DNA of 64,000 bases from an uncultured Lachnobacterium sp. (GTDB taxonomy: Bacteria > Bacillota > Clostridia > Lachnospirales > Lachnospiraceae). Positions 1 to 9,588 of the stretch are shown piece by piece. The notes beneath the pieces were generated by a model. It did no database searches. It saw nothing but the letters and a program-made list of their open reading frames with translations, and was not told where the DNA came from. The first letter of the stretch is position 1; each line of letters begins with the position of its first letter. The stretch is taken from NCBI GenBank assembly GCA_964614035.1, contig CAZTKM010000005.1:10028-74027 (forward strand). Reading direction: 5' to 3'. The translations under genes were made by a program, and so were the position numbers.

Positions 1-208
1 GTGCATTTTGTATAACCTGGAAATTCTTGTAGTATTTTGTCGGATGAAGGGAGCAAAAAACAGATTCATTTTCCTTAGTACTATTTATCTACGACATATT
101 CCGACATTTTTTCCTGTCCGGCAGCCAAAAAAAACATCTTGAAGACATATCAGCAAATGCTTTTTGTCTGCAAGATGTTTTCCGGTTACATGCTTATCGA
201 CCGCTCCT

Positions 209-1402
209 TTAGAAGATACGACGTATTGCAAGTATGTTCTTATAATTTGCAGGAGAAGTATATTTAATTCCGGTAGACGGAGTGCTGGCATGGACAATCG
301 TATCATTTCCTACATAAATACCGACATGTCCGCTATAACATATAATATCTCCCGGCTGCATATCGTCCGCACTTACGCCGTATCCCACATCTCTCATAGC
401 CTTTGAGCTATGCGGAAGGCTTACTCCGAACGCCGCGTATACACTCATTACAAATCCGGAGCAATCGGTTCCGTTTGTAAGACTTGAGCCGCCATATTTG
501 TATGGGTTTCCGACAAATTGTGTCGCATATGCCACAACTGCCGCGCCATCCGATCCGGACGGAGCGCTATAGCTGGTCTGCGTGTTTGCCGGTGCCGCTG
601 CACTTGCCGTATCGGCCGCCGGTTTGCTTGCAGCTTTCGCAGCTGCCGCAGCCGCAGCTGCCTTGCGGGCCGCTTCTTCCTTTGCAAGCCGCGCCTCCTC
701 TTCTTCCTTTGACTCGGCATATGTGAATTCTGTGGAAAGTGTTACAAATTCGGCTGAAACGTATCCGTCTCCCTCTTCACAGGTAATACCGACCCAGTTC
801 TCTATGCTCTCATCGATAACGGTAAGATCGTCTCCTAACGGAACAAGTCCGATCACAGTCGATTCGGTACTTGCCTCCGAACGAACCTTTAAAGTCTCGG
901 TTGTTACGGTAGCAACCCGGCGGCTCGCGCTTCTTGCAAGCTCTTCGTCTCCGACTACAACATATTCAGCCTTTACATATCCGGTAACGGAACCGGACGT
1001 AATCTGATACCAATCGCCCTCTGCAGCAAGCACTGCCGCAGCGTTGTTGTTGTATAGTTTTCCGAGCACCTCGCCGTCCTCGCTTGGTACCGAGCGGACA
1101 TTCAGATAATTATTGACCTGTGCAATCGCGATATCCGCATATTCACTGGCAACCATTGCAGCCTCATTCTGCTGAATCCGGACTCTTTCCTGTACCAGCA
1201 TATCGTTCTCTTCGTTATTGGACAGCATGGATGCAAAAATATCGGATACCCCCGCCGTTGGGGTAAGTGTTGCGGACAATATATTGGATGTATAGCTTGA
1301 AACGCCGGCGGTTGGTGCAGCTGTTACTCCGTTTGATGCTGCTCCGATTGTAATTACTGCCGCCATCATGCAGGTTGTCATCTGTATTCTTTTCTTAATC
1401 AT
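209..1402 (-). CDS. Secreted NlpC/P60 peptidoglycan endopeptidase with two SH3b domains
   Basis: Signal-peptide-like N-terminus; SH3b motifs (LNVRSVPS..., LKVRSEAS...); Ala-rich linker; NlpC/P60 motifs GNPYKYGG, DCSGF, GHVGIY. Confidence 0.92.
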   Translation of the reverse strand: MIKKRIQMTTCMMAAVITIGAASNGVTAAPTAGVSSYTSNILSATLTPTAGVSDIFASMLSNNEENDMLVQERVRIQQNEAAMVASEYADIAIAQVNNYLNVRSVPSEDGEVLGKLYNNNAAAVLAAEGDWYQITSGSVTGYVKAEYVVVGDEELARSASRRVATVTTETLKVRSEASTESTVIGLVPLGDDLTVIDESIENWVGITCEEGDGYVSAEFVTLSTEFTYAESKEEEEARLAKEEAARKAAAAAAAAKAASKPAADTASAAAPANTQTSYSAPSGSDGAAVVAYATQFVGNPYKYGGSSLTNGTDCSGFVMSVYAAFGVSLPHSSKAMRDVGYGVSADDMQPGDIICYSGHVGIYVGNDTIVHASTPSTGIKYTSPANYKNILAIRRIF

Positions 1403-1432
1403 TTCATTCTCCTTAAAAGGATTTTTCAGTTT

Positions 1433-1493
1433 ATTACAAATATGTTACAAAATGTTACGTTGCTATTATAGCAAACGCCTTATTATGTGTCAA
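1433..1493 (-). promoter_or_regulatory. SigA promoter with a downstream WalR-like direct repeat
   Basis: Minus strand TTGACA (1493-1488), 17 nt, TATAAT (1470-1465); then TGTAAC-N5-TGTAAT (1449-1433). Confidence 0.7.
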
Positions 1494-1608
1494 TACGTTT
1501 TTCCAGGAAAAATGTTCCATTTTCCTTGAAATTTCACGCAATTTGTGTCATAATACCTATACAGAAATACGAAACGATACATTCCGTTTCAGAAAGGTGG
1601 TATCAAAT

Positions 1609-1803
1609 ATGGAAATTGCAGGCGTTAGCGCAGCTATCAGCACATTGAATCAAGCAAGTCCAAGTTCCCTTGTCGGTCAGGCAAGCCTGAAGATGCTCGA
1701 TATGTCACTAAGCTCCGGCGAGCAGCTGGGTGCAGATATGATTAAGATGATGGAAAATTCAGTTACCCCTCATCTTGGCGGAAATTTTGATATGAGTATC
1801 TAA
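1609..1803 (+). CDS. YjfB-family small protein (putative motility protein)
   Basis: RBS GAAAGGTGG before ATG 1609; 64 aa ending ...MENSVTPHLGGNFDMSI, typical of the family. Confidence 0.8.
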   Translation: MEIAGVSAAISTLNQASPSSLVGQASLKMLDMSLSSGEQLGADMIKMMENSVTPHLGGNFDMSI

Positions 1804-1815
1804 TGACGACAATCG

Positions 1816-1870
1816 AAAATCCCCATGTAACAATTCCTGCGCGGGCAGTGTTGTTACATGGGGATTTTTT
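1816..1870. terminator. Bidirectional intrinsic terminator
   Basis: Perfect 18-bp inverted repeat AAAATCCCCATGTAACAA / TTGTTACATGGGGATTTT between convergent genes. Confidence 0.85.
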
Positions 1871-2245
1871 TTATTTCGTCGCAATCGCTTCGATTTCAAT
1901 CATCACATCTTTTGGAAGTCTGGCAACCTCCACACAGCTTCTTGCCGGAAAAGCGCCTGTAAAAAATGTCGCGTACACTTCATTGATTGCTGCAAAGTCG
2001 TTCATTTCCTTGATGAATACCGTTGTCTTGACCACCTGATCCATACTGCTGCCTGCAGCGAGAAGTAAATTTGAAAGATTCGTAAGCGCCTGCTTTGCCT
2101 GTGCAGCGGAGCCCTCCGGAATCTCTCCCGTTTCCGGCACTACCGGAATAATGCCGGAAGTATATACTATTTTGTTGACCTCAATCGCCTGTGAATACGG
2201 CCCGATTGCAGCCGGTGCCTTGTCTGTACAAATTACATTCTTCAT
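1871..2245 (-). CDS. RidA-family (YjgF/YER057c/UK114) enamine deaminase
   Basis: APAAIGPYSQA, NEVYATFF, PARSCVEVARLP motifs. Confidence 0.93.
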   Translation of the reverse strand: MKNVICTDKAPAAIGPYSQAIEVNKIVYTSGIIPVVPETGEIPEGSAAQAKQALTNLSNLLLAAGSSMDQVVKTTVFIKEMNDFAAINEVYATFFTGAFPARSCVEVARLPKDVMIEIEAIATK

Positions 2246-2293
2246 TTTTTTGCCCTTCTTTCTTCTATAATAAATAAATTTATTGCGTATCTG

Positions 2294-3127
2294 CTATGCT
2301 TTACGGATTTTACCTTCGGATATGGTTATCCTTCTTTCCTTATACAAGCGCCCAATGGCACGCTTGAATGCATTTTTGGAAAGACCGGTTTCCCTTGCAA
2401 TTACCTCCGGACTTGCCTTCTCTGTAAACGGAAGAACGCCGGCATAGGAATCAATTATTTCCATTACCTTCTCCGCGTCTGCATCCATCTGCAGGTATGC
2501 CTTTTCCCGAAGCGTAAGATCCAGCTTCCCGTCTTCCTTTACCGCTGTAACCTTTGCCTCGATTACATCTCCGATTTTTAAATAGGTATGGTCCTCATAA
2601 TTCGGTATTCTTGCGGAAAATGTATCGTCTACTGCAACGAATGTTCCAAAATTGTCACTGAACTCGTATACCCGTCCGCTTACCACATCATCCTTTTGAT
2701 ATGGAGAGTCCATACGAAGGAGGTGGTACAGCCCCTTCATGGTTGCGCAGAGTCTCTCGCTTTTATCTATATATAAGGAAACCAGAATCACATCTCCCGC
2801 ATTCGGGCGCGCGGTCATCTCTTTATATGGAAGAAACAGATCCTTCTCCAGGCCCCAGTCAAGAAAAGCACCGATTTTTGTGACTTCCTTTACCGTAAGC
2901 GCCGCATATTTTCCAAGCGTAAGCTTTGGCTCGTTCGTAGTTGCAATCAGCCGGTCCTTTGAATCCTTGTATAAAAATACGGTAACCGCATCCCCCGGCC
3001 GGATTCCCTGCGGGACCTGCTTCGACGGAAGCAGGACGCGCTCCGATGAACTCTTATCTTCTGCCAGATAAATTCCAAACTCTACGCTCTTAACATAGTA
3101 TAATTCCTGATATTCCCCTAATCTCAT
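2294..3127 (-). CDS. cvfB: CvfB-family S1 RNA-binding protein
   Basis: GAFLDWGLEKDL motif, repeated S1 domains, C-terminal winged helix SKNAFKRAIGRLYK. Confidence 0.88.
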   Translation of the reverse strand: MRLGEYQELYYVKSVEFGIYLAEDKSSSERVLLPSKQVPQGIRPGDAVTVFLYKDSKDRLIATTNEPKLTLGKYAALTVKEVTKIGAFLDWGLEKDLFLPYKEMTARPNAGDVILVSLYIDKSERLCATMKGLYHLLRMDSPYQKDDVVSGRVYEFSDNFGTFVAVDDTFSARIPNYEDHTYLKIGDVIEAKVTAVKEDGKLDLTLREKAYLQMDADAEKVMEIIDSYAGVLPFTEKASPEVIARETGLSKNAFKRAIGRLYKERRITISEGKIRKA

Positions 3128-3142
3128 GCTTTACCTTTCTGT

Positions 3143-3859
3143 CTATCCGTTCTGCTTTTTTAAAAAGGCGGCAATTGCATATGGTTTTGCGGATTCATCT
3201 AACAGGGCTACCGTAATTTTCGACTCTTCCCTTGCCACAACCGGAACAATGGCGTCCTTCCATTTTGCCTCCTTTTTATATTCTACGCGAAGCTCGCCAA
3301 CCTGAAAATCATTCGGAAGATACTCCGCCGCAAGCATCACGTATTTTTCATTATTCATATGATGGTTGCTGTCGATGAAAAAACTTGGCACCGTAATTTT
3401 TTCCTGTGCTTCTGCTCCCTGCGGAACCAGAAGCTTGCGCTCACAGTACTCCATATCCAGTTTTTCATCCTTCCCATATGCATCGACAATATCCTGCGAA
3501 ACCTTCGTCGGCCGTCCTGCCGCAACATCCATAAATACCCATATGGAATTTGCATAGGCACACCGGTTTCCCATTCTGTCCGTCATACAGAAATTGCGCA
3601 ATCCGTAAAATCCTTTGATCTCGTACGGATACGTAGAAATTGTCACTTCGTCTAAAAATTTCGGCATCCTTTCAATGCAGATCTGGTAGAACGAGAGCAT
3701 CCACGCCTGTTTCTGCTGTGCAAGCACCTTCACGCCGTTGCCGACGCTCTCCGAATGAAAGACGCTGCAATCCTGAAAATAATTCATAAGCGCGGGAATG
3801 GTAAGATTACACTCTGCATCCACCTCGCTATATCGAATTCTGCTATCAAACTGATACAT
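3143..3859 (-). CDS. Acyl-ACP thioesterase
   Basis: RIRYSEVD start, IDSNHHMNNEKY catalytic motif; GGAGG RBS before ATG 3859. Confidence 0.88.
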   Translation of the reverse strand: MYQFDSRIRYSEVDAECNLTIPALMNYFQDCSVFHSESVGNGVKVLAQQKQAWMLSFYQICIERMPKFLDEVTISTYPYEIKGFYGLRNFCMTDRMGNRCAYANSIWVFMDVAAGRPTKVSQDIVDAYGKDEKLDMEYCERKLLVPQGAEAQEKITVPSFFIDSNHHMNNEKYVMLAAEYLPNDFQVGELRVEYKKEAKWKDAIVPVVAREESKITVALLDESAKPYAIAAFLKKQNG

Positions 3860-3921
3860 TGTATGACCTCCTGATTCTTCCTGCGGGCTCATCCCTGCGG
3901 AGCCTTTTACTCCGATAGGGT

Positions 3922-3950
3922 AAAAAAAAGCACCACTTGGCGTAGTGCTT
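3922..3950 (-). terminator. tRNA-Gln terminator
   Basis: Minus strand AAGCACTAC-GCCAA-GTGGTGCTT followed by a T-run. Confidence 0.75.
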
Positions 3951-3955
3951 CAAAG

Positions 3956-4027
3956 CTGGCCCACAAGGATTCGAACCTTGAAATGACGGAGTCAGAGTCC
4001 GTTGCCTTACCATTTGGCGATGGGCCA
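3956..4027 (-). tRNA. tRNA-Gln (anticodon CUG), CCA not encoded
   Basis: TGGCCCA/TGGGCCA acceptor stem; anticodon arm ACGGA-CT-CTG-AC-TCCGT; T-loop GGTTCGAATCC. Confidence 0.96.
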
Positions 4028-4047
4028 ATGTTTTTTCAACAAACGCT

Positions 4048-4076
4048 AGTATATATGAAATCTTAAATAGTGTCAA
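4048..4076 (-). promoter_or_regulatory. SigA promoter of tRNA-Gln
   Basis: TTGACA, 17 nt, TATACT on the minus strand. Confidence 0.8.
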
Positions 4077-4107
4077 GCACTTTTCCAAAAAATCTGCCGA
4101 TTTTCTC

Positions 4108-4770
4108 TTAAAACAGTACAATCTTCTGGTCGATCTCCCCATATATGACCGGCTCTGACCACTCCAGCCCTGCATTTTTGCAAGTCAGCTCTGTAATCTT
4201 TTTCTCCGCTTTCTCCTTTTCCTCTATCGGAACAAGCACCTTCATTACAACATCTGCGGCATACTCGCTATCCAATATCCGAATATTCTCCTGCCCAAAA
4301 AGATACTGCAGCTTTCCCACACCATTGTAATCCGTCCGCACCGAAAGAATCTGTCCCTTCCTCTTATTTATGATTCTGCTTGCCGAAAGGCCTGCATGAA
4401 CCGCACTCTGGTATGCCCGGACGAGCCCGCCGGTTCCGAGAAGTACCCCTCCGAAATATCTGGTTACCACAACCGCTGTGTTTGTAATCCCCTCCTTGAG
4501 CAGCACGTCCAGCATTGGTCTTCCTGCGGTCTGGGCAGGTTCTCCGTCATCCGAACATCTCGTCAGCTCCTGACGCTCTCCGATTACAAAAGCAGAGCAA
4601 TTGTGTCTGGCGTCCCAATATTTCTTCTTCATTTCATTGATAAATGCAGCTGCTTCCTCCTCCGTTTCGACAGGACGAACCGTAGCAATAAACCGGGATT
4701 TCTTTTCGATAATTTCGCCTTCTCCACCCTCATATACCGTTTTGTATCCGTTATTTCCCAAATCAGTCAA
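4108..4770 (-). CDS. YigZ/IMPACT-family protein
   Basis: IIEKKSRFI, DARHNCSA, SDDGEP, VVTRYFGGVLLGTGGLVRAY. Confidence 0.92.
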   Translation of the reverse strand: MTDLGNNGYKTVYEGGEGEIIEKKSRFIATVRPVETEEEAAAFINEMKKKYWDARHNCSAFVIGERQELTRCSDDGEPAQTAGRPMLDVLLKEGITNTAVVVTRYFGGVLLGTGGLVRAYQSAVHAGLSASRIINKRKGQILSVRTDYNGVGKLQYLFGQENIRILDSEYAADVVMKVLVPIEEKEKAEKKITELTCKNAGLEWSEPVIYGEIDQKIVLF

Positions 4771-4954
4771 AGATTGCGCTCCTTTTTTGATAACTTATAT
4801 TTCTGTAATCTTTTTTATCCTACCACAGAGAAGGTGGGTATTTCAATTTTTTCTTCCTATTTATTGCCGATTTTGGTATAATATTTGTTATATATCCTTT
4901 TATACACATACTACCAAAAGATAAGCAGAATAATGAATGCAAGGAGGCTTATAT

Positions 4955-7606
4955 ATGAATTACGGCAAACAAGCCATGCTGCGCCGGCAAAAAAAAATTG
5001 ACGCAAAGGGCACAAAGCTTTGCAGGAAGTTCGGTGTCTTTTTAGGCAAGGCATTTCTCGTCTGTTTTTTGCTTCTCGCAGTCGTCGGCATAAGCTCTGG
5101 CATCGGCGCATGGAAGGGAATCATAGATTCCGCTCCCGATATATCGGCAATGGACGTTACCCCTACCGGCTATTCTACGACCGTCTATTCTCAGGACGGA
5201 AAACAGATTGCCACTCTGGTTGCTTCCGGTGCCAACCGGAAATACGTTACCATCGACGAGATTCCGCTTGATTTGCAGCACGCCTTTGTTGCAATCGAGG
5301 ACGCGCGCTTTTATGAGCACAACGGAATCGATCCAAAAGGCATCGTCCGCGCCGCTTTAGACGGTATTACAAACGGTTTTCATTTCAATCAGGGTGCCAG
5401 TACCATTACCCAGCAGCTCCTAAAGAACAGCGTTCTTGAAGAAGCATGGGCAAATGAAAATTCCAAATTTGAGAGGCTGGAGCGTAAGCTGCAGGAACAG
5501 TATCTTGCGGTTGTCCTGGAAAAACAGGTCAATGACAAGAACTGGATTCTGGAAAACTATATGAACACCATCAATCTTGGCGCCAATACCCTTGGCGTCC
5601 AGGCCGCGGCAAACCGCTACTTCGGGAAGGATGTCTCGGAGCTTACCCTTTCCGAATGTGCAGTGATCGCCGGAATTACCAAGAGTCCTTCTGCTTACAA
5701 TCCGATTTCCCACCCGGATAAAAACGCAGAGCGGCGCACACTCGTACTGAACAACATGCTGGAACAGAATTATATTACGCAAAAGCAATATGATGAAGCA
5801 ATTGCGGATGACGTGTATGCGCGAATTTCGGAGCACAATACGACCGTTACGAGTTCCGCGTCTTCCAATTCCTATTTCGTTGACGCGATGACCGAGCAGC
5901 TGTTTGACGACCTTGTCTCCCTCGGTTACACCGAAACGGATGCGTACAAGCTCATATATCAGGGCGGTCTTTCCATCTACACCACACAGGATCTGGATAT
6001 TCAGACAATCTGTGATGAAGAGATCAATAATCTGGAAAATTACCCGACAGATCCGAAATACTCTTTCAGTATGTATTTTCAGGTTCAGAAAGCGGACGGA
6101 TCCTATAAAGCTTACACGCATCAGACCATGCTTTCCTATTATCAGAAGCTAAAAGGCAGCAGCTACAATATTAATTTTAAAACGGAAGAAGATTGTTACG
6201 AGGCAATCGCCGCCTATAAAGAGGCCATTCTGGAAGAAGGCGACACCTTCCTGCCGGATACGGAATCGATTATGATTACACTCCAGCCGCAGGCTGCACT
6301 GACGGTAATCGATCAGAGAACCGGCGAGATAAAGGCGCTTGTCGGAGGGCGGGGCGAGAAGGAGGGCAACCGGATTCTGAACCGGGCTACCGATACTACC
6401 CGGCAGCCGGGCTCCACGTTCAAAATTATCGGCTGCTATGCCGCCGCTCTTGATGCCGGCGGTATAACGCTTGCCACCACACAGGATGATGCTCCGTACA
6501 CCGTCGGAACAAAGACCTACCGGAATTATAACGATGTATACGGCGGATATACCTCCGTTCGCGCAGCGATTACCGATTCCATCAATATTGTAGCGGTAAA
6601 AACATTGGAACAGATTGGAGTAAACCTTGGATACCAATACGCAGAAAGCTTTGGTTTTTCTACATTAGTAGACGAGGACAAGAACCTTGGCCTCTGCCTC
6701 GGAGGTCTGACCTACGGCGTTACCAATCTCGAGCTTACCGCAGCGTATGCCGCAATTGCAAATGAAGGTATATACAAAGAACCAATTTTCTACACGATTG
6801 TATATGATCATGACGGAAATGTATTAATTGATAAGACGGCTTCCCAGGAGTCCCACACAGTCATAAAGAATACCACAGCATGGCTTTTGACAAGCGCCAT
6901 GCAGGACGTTATGACAAAGGGTTCCGGCACAGCCGCTTACTTTGGAGACAGCATGGCGCAAGCCGGAAAATCCGGTACAACCACCAGCAGCCGGGACGCT
7001 CTCTGGGCCGGATATACTCCGTATTATACCTGCGCCGTATGGGGCGGCTATGATGATAACGCACAGCAGAGTCAGAGTCAGACCACTTATCCAAAAAAGA
7101 TCTGGAAAGCGGTTATGAGCCGGATTCATGAGGGTCTTCCGTATGAAGACTTCACAAAGCCGGAGGGCATTACCTCATTGACCGTCTGTAAGGAGTCCGG
7201 ACTGCTTCCGGTTCCGGGCGTATGCGAGGCAGATCCAAGAGGTTCTATGCTGGTAGCGGAATATTTTGACGAAGAGAACTTCCCTGATTTTGAGGAATCA
7301 CAGCAGAACATTCTTTCTGATCCGCTTGCTGCCGGAGTTGCCTCGGATATAGCCGCACCGACGGTTATACCTTATTGCAACGTGCATACGACACTGAATA
7401 TATGCGCTGCTTCCGGTATGATTGCCGGCCCGTTCTGTCCGCAGGAGCTTATTGTTCCGACTGTATATATTACCGGAGGTTCTCCCGGCTCAACGGAATA
7501 CGAATTAAACGCAACACCGGAATTTATGTTAATGACATGTCCGGTACACAATATCACAAACTATATCCCGGAAAACATTCCGGTTCCCGAAACACCGACG
7601 GAATAG
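4955..7606 (+). CDS. Class A penicillin-binding protein (PBP1A family)
   Basis: N-terminal TM; transglycosylase motifs EDARFYEHNG and GASTITQQL; transpeptidase motifs STFK, SIN, KSG; AGGAGG RBS before ATG 4955. Confidence 0.95.
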   Translation: MNYGKQAMLRRQKKIDAKGTKLCRKFGVFLGKAFLVCFLLLAVVGISSGIGAWKGIIDSAPDISAMDVTPTGYSTTVYSQDGKQIATLVASGANRKYVTIDEIPLDLQHAFVAIEDARFYEHNGIDPKGIVRAALDGITNGFHFNQGASTITQQLLKNSVLEEAWANENSKFERLERKLQEQYLAVVLEKQVNDKNWILENYMNTINLGANTLGVQAAANRYFGKDVSELTLSECAVIAGITKSPSAYNPISHPDKNAERRTLVLNNMLEQNYITQKQYDEAIADDVYARISEHNTTVTSSASSNSYFVDAMTEQLFDDLVSLGYTETDAYKLIYQGGLSIYTTQDLDIQTICDEEINNLENYPTDPKYSFSMYFQVQKADGSYKAYTHQTMLSYYQKLKGSSYNINFKTEEDCYEAIAAYKEAILEEGDTFLPDTESIMITLQPQAALTVIDQRTGEIKALVGGRGEKEGNRILNRATDTTRQPGSTFKIIGCYAAALDAGGITLATTQDDAPYTVGTKTYRNYNDVYGGYTSVRAAITDSINIVAVKTLEQIGVNLGYQYAESFGFSTLVDEDKNLGLCLGGLTYGVTNLELTAAYAAIANEGIYKEPIFYTIVYDHDGNVLIDKTASQESHTVIKNTTAWLLTSAMQDVMTKGSGTAAYFGDSMAQAGKSGTTTSSRDALWAGYTPYYTCAVWGGYDDNAQQSQSQTTYPKKIWKAVMSRIHEGLPYEDFTKPEGITSLTVCKESGLLPVPGVCEADPRGSMLVAEYFDEENFPDFEESQQNILSDPLAAGVASDIAAPTVIPYCNVHTTLNICAASGMIAGPFCPQELIVPTVYITGGSPGSTEYELNATPEFMLMTCPVHNITNYIPENIPVPETPTE

Positions 7607-7637
7607 AAAAAGGACCAGTCGTCTGACTGGTCCTTCT
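7607..7637. terminator. Bidirectional terminator
   Basis: AAGGACCAGTC-GTCT-GACTGGTCCTT between convergent genes. Confidence 0.8.
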
Positions 7638-7698
7638 TGTTGATGTATATCAACTAAGGGGATTAGATTCACTAATCGCTTAGATTAGTGCATTTACA

Positions 7699-9468
7699 CT
7701 ATTCTACATCCTGCAATGCGGCGATTCCTTCTTCGCCGGTACGTACCTTAACAACACGTTCCACATCATATACAAAGATCTTTCCGTCCCCGATATGTCC
7801 GGTATACAGCGTTCTCTTTGCCGCTTCGATTACCTCGTCGACCGGAATCTTGCTCACAACCACTTCCACCTTAACCTTTGGAAGCAATGTCGCATCAATT
7901 TCAGCTCCACGATATTTCTCTCCCGCTCCCTTCTGTATACCGCAGCCCATTACCTGGGTTACCGTCATACCGGTTACGCCGAGATCATTCATAGCCTTAC
8001 GGAGTTTATCGTATCTGCTGAGCTTAGCAATAATGACAACCTTGTAAATTCCTGTTGAAGCAGACGGAATTGTCGCCGATACAACCGGAACGGAAGCCTC
8101 TTTCTTTGCCGAAGTTGCCGCATCGTAATCCGAAATGCCAAGATCTGTGTTCTCGTTAACCTCCATAGGATTGAAGTTATCCATAATAGCAAATCCTGCA
8201 TAAGCGCTCGGAAGTCCATGCTCCGTTGCGTCAAGTCCGGTAATCTCCTCTTCCTCGGTTACACGAAGACCAAAGATGGCCTTAATGGCAAGAAACGCAA
8301 TTGTAATGGTAACTACGGCCCAAGCCATAACGGTAATAAGGCCAAGAAGCTGGAGTCCTAACAGCTTGAATCCGCCGCCATAGAACAGTCCGACCATCTC
8401 TACGCCGTTTTTGTCGGCAATTGAATATCCCGGAGCGGTATTTGTTGCAAAGAGGCCGACTGCAATTGTTCCCCAGATACCGTTCATAAAGTGTACCGCT
8501 ACAGCACCGACCGGATCGTCAATGTGAAGCTTATAATCCAAAAGCCATACGCCAAAGCATACTAACAATCCGGCTACAGCGCCAATCACAATCGCGCCAA
8601 AGCAATCGGTTACATCGCAGGGAGCTGTGATTGCTACAAGACCTGCAAGCGACGCATTCAGACACATCGATACATCAGGCTTACCAAACTTAATCCATGT
8701 AAAAATCATACATACAACGGTTGCAACCGCAGGCGCAACGGTTGTTGTAAGAAATACGGATGCTAACTGTTCCGTAGAGGTACAGGCCGCACCGTTGAAT
8801 CCATACCATCCAAACCAGAGAATGAAGCATCCAAGACACCCGATTGCAATATTATGTCCCGGAATTGCGTTTACCTTCACGATTTTTCCGTTTTTGTCAT
8901 AGCTGAATTTACCGATACGTGCGCCAAGTATTTTTGCGCCGATCAGAGCACAGGTTCCGCCGACCATATGTATTGCGCAGGAGCCTGCAAAATCATGGAA
9001 GCCGAGCTGTGCCAGCCATCCGCCGCCCCAGATCCAGTGCGCCTCAATCGGATAGATAAGCGCCGAAATTACAGCGGAATACACACAGTAAGATAAAAAC
9101 TTGGTTCTCTCAGCCATAGCGCCGGATACAATCGTTGCTGTGGTTGCGCAGAATACTAAGTTGAATACAAAGTTGGAAAAATCAAAATCCGCATAAGCTG
9201 TAAAAATGTCAAAGCCCGGTTTTCCGATAAATCCAACCAGATCCTCGCCAAGCAATAACGAGAAACCGATCAGGATAAACATAACTGTTCCGATACAGAA
9301 ATCCATCAGATTCTTCATCAGGATATTACCTGTATTCTTCGCTCTGGTAAATCCTGCCTCTACCATTGCAAATCCTGCCTGCATCCAAAATACAAGGGCA
9401 GCTCCGATTAGAAACCAGACGGCAAACAAATGTCCGTCCACCAATTCAAAAATTGCTTCTTCTGTCAT
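7699..9468 (-). CDS. amt: Ammonium transporter (Amt) fused to a C-terminal P-II domain
   Basis: DFAGSCAIH, WFGWYGFNG, DDPVGAVAVH; C-terminal P-II motifs GMTV...G.G.Q.G, YRG, LPKVKVE, TGHIGDGKIFV, RTGE. Confidence 0.93.
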   Translation of the reverse strand: MTEEAIFELVDGHLFAVWFLIGAALVFWMQAGFAMVEAGFTRAKNTGNILMKNLMDFCIGTVMFILIGFSLLLGEDLVGFIGKPGFDIFTAYADFDFSNFVFNLVFCATTATIVSGAMAERTKFLSYCVYSAVISALIYPIEAHWIWGGGWLAQLGFHDFAGSCAIHMVGGTCALIGAKILGARIGKFSYDKNGKIVKVNAIPGHNIAIGCLGCFILWFGWYGFNGAACTSTEQLASVFLTTTVAPAVATVVCMIFTWIKFGKPDVSMCLNASLAGLVAITAPCDVTDCFGAIVIGAVAGLLVCFGVWLLDYKLHIDDPVGAVAVHFMNGIWGTIAVGLFATNTAPGYSIADKNGVEMVGLFYGGGFKLLGLQLLGLITVMAWAVVTITIAFLAIKAIFGLRVTEEEEITGLDATEHGLPSAYAGFAIMDNFNPMEVNENTDLGISDYDAATSAKKEASVPVVSATIPSASTGIYKVVIIAKLSRYDKLRKAMNDLGVTGMTVTQVMGCGIQKGAGEKYRGAEIDATLLPKVKVEVVVSKIPVDEVIEAAKRTLYTGHIGDGKIFVYDVERVVKVRTGEEGIAALQDVE

Positions 9469-9500
9469 AACATTATCCTCCTGTTTTCCTTGCTATAAAT

Positions 9501-9554
9501 AAAAAAGAGACATTTTCCCGAATCCCACAGCTTCGTGGTTCAAAAAAATGTCTC
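9501..9554 (-). terminator. Terminator or attenuator between glnA and amt
   Basis: Minus strand GAGACATTTT...AAAATGTCTC stem followed by T6, about 30 nt upstream of the amt start. Confidence 0.7.
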
Positions 9555-9588
9555 CACTCTATGAAATTATATTGATACAGCGATTATA

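Noticed and set aside
1543-1600. SigD (sigma-28) promoter for the YjfB-like gene
   Set aside because: ACGATAC resembles the -10, but no TAAA sits at the right spacing
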